Source: Tubulanus polymorphus
Taxonomy: Eukaryota; Animalia; Nemertea
Direction of reading: 5' to 3'
Length of the DNA: 64,000 bases
Assembly (NCBI RefSeq): GCF_964204645.1
Contig: NC_134031.1
Span: 8,370,001 to 8,434,000 of the forward strand
Part shown: in pieces, positions 14,041 to 25,264 of the stretch
Numbering within the stretch: the first letter of the stretch is position 1
Layout of the letters: each line of letters begins with the position of its first letter
Notes under the pieces: generated by a model
Database searches by the model: none
What the model was told of the DNA's origin: nothing
What the model saw: only the letters and a program-made list of their open reading frames with translations
Made by a program: the position numbers and the translations under genes

Positions 14041-15069
14041 GGGAGCATCTCAAAATTTCAATCGTTGTGTCAATTAGGATGACTGTCTAATTCTTTCTTA
14101 CCCCCACCCCACCCTTTGATCAGGCACATGCAAAAGTTGAAACTATTGATTTTCTAATGAGAGACCACACACTAAGAAGGTATCACGATTTTGATCACTT
14201 TTAATTGAAAATAAGGCCACACAAAGAAATACCCTAGTTTCTCATCAGATTTTTTTTTCTGAAAAGTGACGAGGGCAAGCGAATTTTATTTTTATTGTTT
14301 TTTTAAATAAAAACGTTGAAATAAAAAGCTCAACCTGAGACTTATAGAACAAACGCGGGAGGGAAGATTTTTTACCAATGCCCAACAAATACCAGTAATG
14401 CAAGTAAAACATATGCAAAAAACTTTATTTAGAATTAAGTAGCTCCCCAAAACCTTTAAATCAAACCATATCGACTCATTTGATCGAAACTGAGACAATC
14501 ATTTCGCTATTTTCACGCTTCCTCGAAATGAAGTAAAAGGAAACGAACATAGCGCTGTTTTTGTCACCGTAAATGTGGATAACCATTCAGTCGAGGATGA
14601 GCATATATAAACGCCCGCAGAAAAACCACTGTCGTACACTGCTCAGCTATGCGGGCGAACGGGTTTTGATTTTAATTTAAAAAAAGACGATTGATGCTTT
14701 GTCGATGCGGACGAGCGCATTTGTCTTTTAATTTTTATTAGGGACTTTTTTCATGATGCGGGCGGCATTTGACTTTCTTGAGAAACAAGGGTATTTCTTT
14801 GTGTGGCCTAAAATTGGAAAATTTCATGTGCAAGACCTATCAAATTCTTAATACACTTTTTAAACAAATAAACAGGCCCTCGCAAACTTCTCGTAAAGAG
14901 TGCATGGTTTCTCGAACAAACATACTTTTTGATTAATGTTCAAATCCTATAGTAATGCATTTTGATCGATAGTTCGGCAGTTGTGATCAATCTGCAGGAG
15001 TCTTCAACCCCAACCCCATACCGAAAGTTATTCTTATTGGAAAAGCTATCGAAATTTTGAGATGCTCCC
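14041..15069. mobile_element. PIF/Harbinger-type non-autonomous transposon
   Basis: Perfect 19-bp TIR gggagcatctcaaaatttc / gaaattttgagatgctccc, flanked by TTA on both sides (3-bp TSD). Confidence 0.85.
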
Positions 15070-15334
15070 TTACGCAATGCGCTTCAATGATTACTCGTGG
15101 GGGACATCAAACGACTTCCACTGCTCGATACAAACATTAGTAAAGCATAAATACACTTTTACTGATTAATCGGTAAATAATGTAAATGCTAAACAGTCAA
15201 CGCGACGACACAGCCTGTGATCATACACTACAACAGACACATGCAATAATCTGATTCCTTTAATTTCATATACGTCCGTGAATAACAGAAATGGTAGTAA
15301 CCCTCCAACTGTACCACGCAGAGTAAAAATCAAA

Positions 15335-16697
15335 ATGCCGCGGAAAAAACCACTAAAGAGGAAGGAAAAACTGCCCGTATCCCTGGAACAAGAACATAAG
15401 ATTATACAGAATGTATTAAAAGATTCCAATGAGGCACTAAGACAATACGAAGATGGGTGCCGAAACTTGAGTATATCGGAAGAAGGGTGCGAGTCAGAAG
15501 CATTCAAAGCGTGGTGTCAAGAGCTTTTACTTTATTGGGAAATCGAGGAAGCCGAGCTTATAGATGTGGAAACTTTCCAAAATCTTTGCAGACAGAATAA
15601 GATTGATCGAATTCATGAAAGCAAAGACGAATTCGAAAAGATAAATGATCTGTGCGAGAGATATGCGAAATTCGTCCAGGAAATACCGGCCGTCAAACGA
15701 CATGTAACAAACGCGATTCGAAATCATCTATTTAAGTATTGCGTTAGTTTCTCGAAGGAACTAGAACAAGAATGCGAATTGAGTCCCGTGAAAGAATACG
15801 ACCAATCCATAGCCGAATGGAGGATACTACTGGGCGAATACTTGAATCAGATAAAAAGGCATATAGATGACATGTCCAATCAAAGTAAACCGTTTATCAA
15901 TTTCCTTTTGAATTCGAAGGCAATTTACCATCTAATAGATTCGGTAGTCGGCGATTTAAAAAAATGTTGCCATGTTATCCGCGACTGGCTTAAACATGAT
16001 CACGATTACGTTAGAGAACTCCACGATAGTATGCTATACGAGCAACGCGCTCGAGATAAAGAGAAGACTAAAATACCACAGTTAAATAAAAAACTAGAAC
16101 AAGCGAATAAATAGTTGCATAAAATATCGACAGCTCTCGAAAAAGCGATTAAGGATCTCAAACCGAAGAAACGACAAAAGATGAAGGTCAAGCACAGTTT
16201 GGAAACGATCGAAAAAAGCAAAGAGAGAAATCGGGAAGAAATTTTAACAATGGAAGATGAATTTGAAAAACTTAAAGTTAAAAAGGAAGCGCTTGAAAAA
16301 CGACCTCATTTCAGTGATCCGGAATTGAAGAGCTACTTTCGTATCCTCGGACCGATTCCAGAATATCAAAAACAGATGGAAGTTGTTAAAGACTGGTTGC
16401 TAAAACTAGACGGTAACGATAAAGCCTACACGAGGCAGACAACTAGATTGACCAAAGAGCGAAAACAACTCTCCGAAACCATATACGAAGACGAAATACA
16501 CATAACTGAGCTCGAATCCGAAAAACGAGACGCACAAAAAGTGGCCGCAGAATTGATGGACGATATCAGATACCGCGAAATGGAAATCGAAACCCATGGA
16601 CGAAAACTGAATCAACTAACGAAACTATACGACCTGAAGCTTTCACCTGACTCGTTGAGAAAAATATACTACAGCAAAAGATGGAGTCAAACAAAAG
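15335..16697 (+). CDS. Coiled-coil/death-domain protein, exon 1, with an in-frame TAG at 16112-16114
   Basis: ORFs 15278-16114 and 16115-16726 are the same frame, separated by a single TAG. E/K/L-rich heptad sequence; first ATG at 15335; donor AG|GTATGG at 16697/16698. Confidence 0.7.
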
Positions 16698-16873
16698 GTA
16701 TGGATTATCTAGTCTATATACTATAAGACAATCAACTGCATAAACACGAGAAAAAAACTTGTTCTCTTATTTCGAATGTTTCGGGATGTAGATTTTTAGC
16801 ATTTTGCATCAAACTAGTATGTTTAAAGATTTAAAGATTGATTGAAAATATACCTTGATATCTTTATTTTAAG

Positions 16874-17190
16874 AAAATGACGAAACAATGACGAAAGCAT
16901 GTGACTTCGTTTCGGAACAGATCGGCGAAGACTGGAAACAACTGTACGTGAAATTACCATTCCTCCCTAAACGAGCGATGCCAAAACGTCGCAATGACGT
17001 GGAAGTATTAGATGTTATCTACGCCAGTCCTCGCAACGATGCCAACTGGAAAACGGAGGCAAAGAAAAGCCTTGACCGCTGGCGACTTCTCCATCGTAGA
17101 GGAAAGGTAGATGATCTGGTTACGTCATTAAAGAAAACGGGAAAAAATTGCTTAGCCGATCAACTCAAAGAGTCATTTGTTTCTGCATGA
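16874..17190 (+). CDS. Coiled-coil/death-domain protein, exon 2 (death-fold domain)
   Basis: TTTTAAG acceptor gives a phase-1 in-frame join. VSEQIGEDWKQLYVKL...SLDRWR...VDDLVTSLKKTGKNCLADQL fits the death-domain pattern (IG.DW..L...L; L..W; L...L...G...LA..L). Confidence 0.75.
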
Positions 17191-17231
17191 GATTTAGTTT
17201 AATTCTTGAATAACCCCGGTATATAACATAT

Positions 17232-17845
17232 TTCAATATTAGAGCTAAAAATTAACAAGCAGCCTGTCGGTTGATAAAGCTCCGCATATTTTCTATTTCA
17301 CCATTCTAATTATGCGTCTAAGAGGTACTCTTAAGGGACCAAATCTGCTAGCCCATAAAACATCCATACAATGTCTGGTGATTCGATAAAAACTGTAGGA
17401 CTTAAAGCAATTCATAGAAATAATTGCCCCCGCCTCTTAGGGCACTCCATGGGGTCAAATAAAAAACGGCTCTATATATTGCTTTAGGCATTGGTTCCAG
17501 ATCATCAACTTTTCTCTTGATCTGATGAAAACTGTGGGAGTAGTGGCAGGAGCGGACCGGCGAATTTTGCTAGGGGTAGATGTATTCAAAAGGCCGCGAA
17601 GTTTTAGAAATTGGCTTACTGAGACGCATTCTCAGGTTATAGATGGGGGTAATGTGGTGGGTCGCTAGGCTTATACAACGTATATTTTTACTCTCTTGTC
17701 TTGGAACAGTAGATCCCGTAGATCAGTAGCTTTTAGGGGTTCACCAATAACCACTGGATCCGCCCCGAATATAGGGGATACGTAAACGGACGGACGCCGG
17801 ACGACGGCGGAGAGCTAACCTCCTAATCCATCAGCTCCGCAGAGT
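17232..17845 (-). mobile_element. Probable HINE-like element with a nested CAGG...GGATCCGCCCC MITE
   Basis: aacaag... start and a ggacggacg microsatellite near the right end, as in family B. MITE-like segment at about 17547-17767. Confidence 0.35.
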
Positions 17846-18133
17846 ACAAAGCAAGTTTCGTCTCTTCCGAAATTCGGTTCATACTGAAGAACTGATTCAA
17901 ACAGTATTTAATGTTTTTTCTCGGTTATAAGAGGATCCACGAGGACTACAGCCAAAATTAAATTTGTCAAATTTTGGTTCTTGCCCAAATCCAAAACGGC
18001 TGGTGCCGCTCCTGGGAAGAATATCATAACATCGTTATTATCAATTTGAAGTCTTTGTCAGAAAATCAGGTAATAAATTATTGTTATACATTTGTATTTC
18101 TACACACTGTTTACTTTCCATTCACGATTTTTC

Positions 18134-18441
18134 TGTGATATTGATACTGGGTACCAGCTCAGAAGGTCACCAAACACAAACGATGTAATAATAATGTAAA
18201 GTTTGATTTATTGTAAATACTGAGAGAGATATAGAGCTCAGAGAGAGAACAGGATCCAAAGAGAACGAGAGACGTGTGTTTCTGGGTTTTATACCCATCA
18301 ATACCACGTCATCTGACAAGTTAAAACAACAGCCAGAGGGCTAGACATATTATCTGTGTTATCATTACTGACCATACGACCAGTTCATAGGACTTTGATT
18401 GATCAGGTCATGTGTCCTGAGCACTCGTCTTCAGTATATCA
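18134..18441 (-). mobile_element. 3' LTR of an env-bearing Ty3/gypsy-like retrotransposon
   Basis: On the minus strand it starts TGATAT and ends ATATCA(CA), contains TATAAAA then AATAAA, and directly follows a purine tract. Confidence 0.7.
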
Positions 18442-18474
18442 GTTGCCCCTCCTTCAGGTGACTCGACCTCGAGG
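18442..18474 (-). other. Polypurine tract (PPT) region
   Basis: Minus strand reads cctcgaggtcgagtcacct-GAAGGAGGGG-caac-TG, the usual Ty3/gypsy pre-LTR pattern. Confidence 0.7.
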
Positions 18475-19819
18475 CATTAGAAATAAAACTTAGTGAACGT
18501 ATCATCATCTTAAAATAGGTTAACAACATTAAATAGTCAGGAACTAGCCAATCGCGACTAAAATTTAGACAGTAGCAAGCACAGCGAACAAATCTGAATG
18601 TAAATGTTGAAAATCACTTGAGCCTGCGAGGAATGGAACCTGACCGTTGTAAGATTTGAAATCCCAACGGTTGCCAGATCCAGGAACGCAGCCAAACAAA
18701 AATAACAGACTGCCACGTGTCGCTTGCAAAACTAAACTAAACTATAGTTCCAACCGTGGCTTTTGACCCTGTCTTATCTCAACCAAGGGTAGTATAGATA
18801 CCCATATGTAAAACTAATTGATACATTCGTTAAGTAAACATCGCTCCATTTCATTATCGGAAATGTAAATACATAAATTCATATGTCGTTCACCACTGAG
18901 ACATTGATTATGTGATAATATTGAGGATAATAAGTGAAATAGATAATAATCTACATACATATAAACTGGTCACTTGCTCTTTCTCAAACAATTACATGAT
19001 AGGCAAAATAAACAAAAAAATTATTCCCGAAATAAGTTCACTAGTTAGAAGTATTATATTTTTTTCATACAATAAATTTATAACCTGCGCAGGGGAATGA
19101 CGCAACGGGCCATCCTCTTTTTCTGTGGAGGGGAGAGGCGCAAACCCCTCGATAGTTATATTAAAATCGCGCAGACCAATTTTCTGTGTCTGGAGTCAGT
19201 CTTCTCCAGTGGGAAAGTAAAGAGGTTACTGCGCAAAGATCAAAATTGTATTATCCCAGCAGAGACGTAACACTTAAAAATGGAAAACGGAAGCGGAAGT
19301 TTAGCCTTATGTTTAACTGTGGTAATTTACTGGGTATTGAGTGTCGTCACCGCCATCTGTGCCATCTGCATTGAAAAAGCTTAATCTCGACCATCTTAGG
19401 TGTTGCGATACAATAGGAATTCGGTATTGTACTATTTTCATCATGAACATCATCATCTCGACGGTTATTGCTTACGAACGTTTAGCGTGTTCGGTGAGAT
19501 TCGCAGCAACAGGACGTCTTAATGCTGACTGTGACATCGTACGTAACGTTGGTTCCGGCGCCCCAGTCCACGTGGTAAATGACATATACATAAGGCTTAC
19601 CATACATCCGGACCGTAACCAATTGGAAGTGAAACACCCGTAGCCAGGAAAACATATGCACATAACTTGCAGCAAGAAAAAAACACAACCTTTTTACGTA
19701 CCCATGTTTAGCGGACGTTATGCTACGAATCATTCCCCGTTTATGAATAGAATATTCGAAACCCTGAAGAAAAAACATGTAAATATAATTTCTACCATGA
19801 CTAGAGTCATCGATATCAA

Positions 19820-22700
19820 ACAGCATGCGATATGGGTACTGGTATCATCCTACCATTTTGGTACGCCAGGTATAGGTAGGTATCAAAACTTGAATAATTT
19901 TCGAAACTCTAAAATATTGGATCCACGAAATTCTCGTGGGTCTATTCAATTTTATTACACGAAGTGTATTCGATCTGACGGTCAACAGGTGGTGTTCATG
20001 CCATTCTGTTATCAGATAAGGAAACCACTTCAAACTGACCATGATAAGAATTATCTTGTGGACCTCATTGATAAAGTAGGCGTGAGGGCAATTTGGCAAC
20101 TCACGTATGACTATATTAATGCAGTCGTCAAGATAATTCAAAACTAACGAACAGTCCCTGTGGTGATGCCGTAGCAAGGGTCTCATACCGCTTTTCATGG
20201 ATATAGCGCATCGGATGAGGATAAACCCAATTAAAAACAGGAGGATAAAGTGCGTATTCGATTGTACCTGTTCAGAGAATTCCTCGAAAAATAACAAGAG
20301 CCCCAAGGGGCACTATGCCCAGCCTGTCAGCTTTTCATAAAATTGCAAATGATGATGCATTCTGTGGGTTAAATTTGTCAAAATACACTCCCAGATCAGA
20401 GTCAATACCTAATAATTTACACAATACAATCGTAGAATACAAAAGTAGCACAGACAGCGACTGGATCTGGCAGGAACAAATACCCCAGATAAATCTTTTC
20501 CCTTGGTCTTATTGATTTTAATGCGGAATAGAATTGAATTTTCTGAAATTTGCTCGATAAAACAAAATTGAATTGGATTTGATGTTTTATTTGTTCAATA
20601 AAGTAAAATTGAATTGGACATGATACTTTTTTGCGGAATAAAATTTGATTGAATTTGTAGTTTGAGCACATGGCTAATTAGCATATCAAGGTCATCTATC
20701 CGATTTAAGAAAAAGCTATTTTTACCGGAGTTTGCACAATGGTCAATGATATTTTCTGTAGTGCCAATAAAAATATTCCTCCCAAAAACCAAATCAACTA
20801 AAGCTTTCACAGAAATCGATCTTGAAATACAATTTTAGATCTTAAAATAAAACCCGGAAGTAAAATGGTAGACGATACCGCGGGTTCACGTGAAGATATT
20901 CGCGAAAAAGCTAATTTTAACGGGGCCCTCTTTCAATATTCAGCTACGTAGAGTTTGGAGAATGGATAATGCTTTAATGAATGATTTGTTTGAATATATG
21001 CTCAGTTGCACAGTAAAAATGCCTTTGTTCTGGAAACCATGTCATTTAAATTCGCTCCAAGTAAAAGGCTCAGCCTACGGCTGGCCTACAAATGGATTAA
21101 CCGAATCGGATGAGTTCGCCGATGGAAGCTCTGCTCGTGATGGCGGTAAGAAATTAAATCATTCGTTTATGTTTATTCGGAAGCCATGTGCAGTAGGTAA
21201 GGCGCTAGAAGCCACTGGGATTAAGTGCAGCACCTGCCCTCCTTGTCCAAAGCAAGTAACCGACACCAATGGTTGAAAAAATACTTAGAAAAAGTGATAG
21301 ATAGCTAAGAAATTGCGATTGAGAGACACCAGGGATAAAGAGCTCGGAGTTTGAGCTCAGCAGTGGGGCAGCCAGTGCATCCGCCTGGGTGGCAAAGAGT
21401 TTTACTTTCTGGTGCCCTTTTTCGGCAATCTTCTTAAATCTGTCTGGAAGCCCCGGTCTGCGTGCGCTACGTTCTCCCATTAATCCTTGGTGAGTTTAAT
21501 TTCGGGGAGGATAACCTGGTGTAGACGAGAAGAAAACACAATATATGTGTATAATGAATAAACGCGAGAAATCCCAAAATAAATATAGCCAAAACGAGAA
21601 ATAAGAGTAATCATATTTGCGCAACGCATCGGCTAAAACCTATTAGCCATCATCAGGCGTACTAGTAGTTAACCTATTTTAACCAGGTTCAACTATAGTT
21701 TATTAACCTGGTGTATTTTTGATGAGTGTGTAGCAGGATCCAAAAGTGTCCTCTTCCAGTCGAGAGTCATATGCTTAAAGAATGATTATTTAACAGGATG
21801 TGAGTATATCGATGTAGTACGATGTGACAACTTTTTTTTGGCGGGAATTTTGAATGTGGCCGATGCGATTCCGCAACCGCACGGCAATCGTATCAGACAC
21901 ATGGTGCAAGAAAGGTGGCTTGTGCAGGTTTACCAGGTCAGGCCATTGACCAAGAGGCCTCCCGTCCACTTACCAGAACCCGGAACCGAGGTCGAGAGCC
22001 ACCTCAAACCAGCCTGACTCCTGGTATCTTACTGCCTTGTCAGTTCTGGTGTAGAGAACGTTTCGCGCTTGGTAGTAATGTCCGGGATTCTAATATGAAA
22101 TCGTGAATCCAGGATAATGTATCGAAAGAAAATTTAGGATTGCACCGATTGTTTTGGAAACCATGTGCGATGGTACTAGATTGATCGGCAGAAAGCCATC
22201 AATTAGATTCTGCACGCCGGCCAGTCATTTGTGTACCTCCATAGAATACTGTGCAGAAACCTCTTCCACCGAGGCAAAATACTGGAAGAAATCACTCATA
22301 GCCAGTAACAAAGCTTCCATGTCCGAGATCCGTACCCTATTTTTTCCGGCGAATTGGGAGTGTTTGATTAGGTTATCCTGGATATTATTGATGAGAGCAT
22401 GATTGTTCCGCACACCCTCAACAATGTTATCCAGGCGGGATGATGTCAAGGAGGACACCTCCCTACCTTGACGAATGACTTCGTTTTTAACCAGTTCAGA
22501 AGCTTTTTCTAGTCTGCCTATGTGGCTCCGGATCTCGCTCACTTCGCTTTCGGTGGCTGTACCAAACAAACTCTTCGACACGCAACAAAGTTAAAAAGTC
22601 TACGTTTGGATCTGTGGCCAGAAGACGTTTGGTACACCCTGGCCGCAACAAGCCGGCTTATGTCGAACCGATAGAGCAGCAACTGGCGGCCTCTCGTAGG
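19820..22700 (-). pseudogene. Decayed class-I fusion (F-like) envelope gene of the LTR element
   Basis: Minus-strand pieces in order: RSKR|RLFNFV..VSKSLFGTAT; heptads; (W)LAGVQNLIDGFLPINLVP...HYPGF...NPGHYY; SCTMCLIRLPCGCG...KIP; LPEIKL...WENV..AD; TM FLSYLSLFLSIFSTIGVGYLLW; second TM and tail (ORF 19845-20306). Contains stops, frameshifts, an internal deletion and insertions. Confidence 0.75.
20293..21089 (-). mobile_element. HINE family C copy inserted in env
   Basis: Palindrome gccccaaggggc at one end, sub-TIR (g)ccagcc/ggctgg(cc). The empty site is visible in the second env copy (about 23208-23220): insertion into a T/A run with no TSD. Confidence 0.8.
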
Positions 22701-23039
22701 CCGCTAGTTGCCGCTAATCGGCGATAAACCCAGTTGCGTCGGTAGGCGTCGCGTTGCTTGTCGACATAAGTCAGCCTTAACAGCGAACCGGATAATAGTT
22801 TCCTTAATCAGCGTATGGGTTCCGGGACCGATATGTTGTAAAATAATGTCGTCGAAATGCGGGCAAAATATAATATATATCCCGCAAAATAAAGGAATAC
22901 GTGTAAAACAGAGAAATGATACTACGGTAATAGGTAACGCACCCGCTTCGTACAGCAAAAAATACGCTTAAAATGAAAACTAGATTAACAAAACAAAAGA
23001 AGAAAATGATTAGTAGCGTACTTACCAAGTCCGTGGTTC

Positions 23040-24210
23040 TCCACTTCTTTGGACTAGGATAGCAGGTGCCACACGTTTTACCCCAATGGCTACTAGCGCC
23101 TTACCCTCTGCACAATGCTTCCGAATAAGCATAAACGAATCATTTAATTTCTTACCGCCTTCACGAGCAGAGCTTCCATCGGCGAACTCATCCGATTCGG
23201 TTAATCCATTTTTATTTTTCGAGGAATTCTCTGAACAGGTTAAATCGAATACGCACTTAATTCTCCTGTTTTTAATTGGGTTCATCCTCATCCGATGCGC
23301 CGTATCCATGTTAAGCAGTATGAGATCCTTGCTACGGCTTCGCCACAGGGACTGTTCGTTAGTTTTGAATTTATCTTGACGACTGCATTAATATGGTAAT
23401 AGGTCAGTTACCTGATTGCCCTCACACCTACTTTATCAATGAGGTCCCCAAGAGAATTCTTATCGTGGTCAGTTTGAAGTGGTTTCCTTATCTGATTACA
23501 GAATGGATGAACACCACCTGTTGACCGCCAGATCGAATACACTTCGTGTAATAAAATTGAATAGCTCCACGAGAATATCGTTTCGAGAATTATAAACTCA
23601 AGTTTTGATACCTACCTTTTCCCAGCGTACCCAGATGGTAGGATGATACCAGTGCCCATATCGCGCGCTGTTTGATATCGATGACTCTGGTCATGCTAGA
23701 AATTATATTTACATGTTTTTTTTCAGGGTTTCGAATATTCTAATCATAAACGGGGAACGATTCTTAGCAACACCCAAGTCTACTATACTTCATGCTTATG
23801 TATAGATAAGAATACTGTCATTAATGATCGTTTCGTAACAATATTATACATACGTCATACGTCCGCTAAACATGGGTCGTAAAGAGGTTGTGTTCTTTTT
23901 CTTGCTGCAAGTTATGTGTATATGTTTTCCTGGCTACGGGGTTTCACTTCCAATTGGTTACGGTCCGGAGGTATGGTAAACCTTTTTTATGTCAATTACG
24001 GTACCACGTGGACTGGGGCGCCGGAAAAATTGGTCTGCGCGATTTCTATTAATCTATTGAGGGGTTTGCACCTCTCCCCTCCACAGAAAAAGAGGATGGC
24101 TCGTTGAGTCATTCCCCTGCGCAGGTTATTGTATAAAAAAAAAGATTTATTGTATGAAAAAGTATTTATTTCCGGGAGATATTTTATTGTTTATTTTACA
24201 TCGTGATTGT
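23040..24210 (+). mobile_element. Second, inverted, diverged copy of the env 3' end and 3' UTR
   Basis: Reverse complement aligns to 21260-21090 and 20292-18990. It lacks the HINE C insertion and about 370 bp (19186-19555). Confidence 0.85.
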
Positions 24211-25264
24211 AGTGTGGAGACAACTCCCATACAGCGTTTACCTTTCACTATCTCCCTAACCAGAACCACCCCTTATGCCTATGGCCTCCATAGTCTAATG
24301 CCGTTTGCATTCATTGTGTACTAAAAATGATGAATATGATATGCCTGTATATCGCCTATCGACTGATCTCGTACATCGTCTGTTTATTTTTCACTGATAT
24401 TTGTAACACGTTATATTTCTAACTGAAGAAATGCTGTTTTTCATATTACTGTTGAAGTTGAAGCAACCTATAAATATTTCCTTATTAATGGGCGCCATGG
24501 AGAAATCATTTGGATACCCTGAAGCAGGCTTGCGTATTCGCTAAGATATTGTTCCCCTGCCAGTCCAAGTATTTTTGTCTTATGGTTCACATGAAGAGTC
24601 ATTTTGAAAAATAAGTTTGACTGCGACTGAGGTTTTAAAAGCTGTTAATTCATCTCTGGGCTCCACTTCATAAAATGGACATAGTTTTATGAAGATTTAG
24701 AAAAGAAAAACATGCTTAAGTTGTGAACACATAGCACAATTTAGTCAAAGTGAAGCTCTTGATAAAATAATGCAGAAATGGTTATATAGTATGTAATGTG
24801 ATTATGTAGTATTAGTTTTTTATTTTCATTCATGAAGTCATCAATGTTTTGTTCATGACGTATATGTAGATCACATCACTCGAGTAATAAAATGTATTTC
24901 AACTTCAAACGAATAAAAATTTCAGGTTGTTTTGTCTGCTGTAGTTGTAAGAAAAAAGTTATTTTTTTGCCAAGTTCAGATTCGAGGTCGGATCTATCAA
25001 AGTTGAGTAGTCTGGACCGATGCGTGATCAACTGATTTCGGGATCGGTAGGCCCTATTACAAAGTGCACAATGAATACATAGTTAGATTTTGACATCCCA
25101 ATAACAGCCAGGAATAATCGGTGACCGATTCAATAAACTGTCTTGTAATTTAGTTTTGAATCTTACGGACTTTATATTCTAGTAATGGTAAAAGAAAAAT
25201 GGGTTTCCTTATCTGTGAGTCAAACGTAGTGATTGTCACGAATATTTGGGAGATTTTAATTTTC

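Noticed and set aside
19656-20147. 163-aa plus-strand ORF
   Set aside because: It is antisense to the env tail, and the homologous frame is broken by indels in the second copy.
18990-24210. Inverted arms read as TIRs of a Polinton/foldback element or as DIRS inverted LTRs
   Set aside because: The arms are env-coding and UTR sequence, and the left one continues to a PPT and LTR. No terminal motifs or TSD were found.
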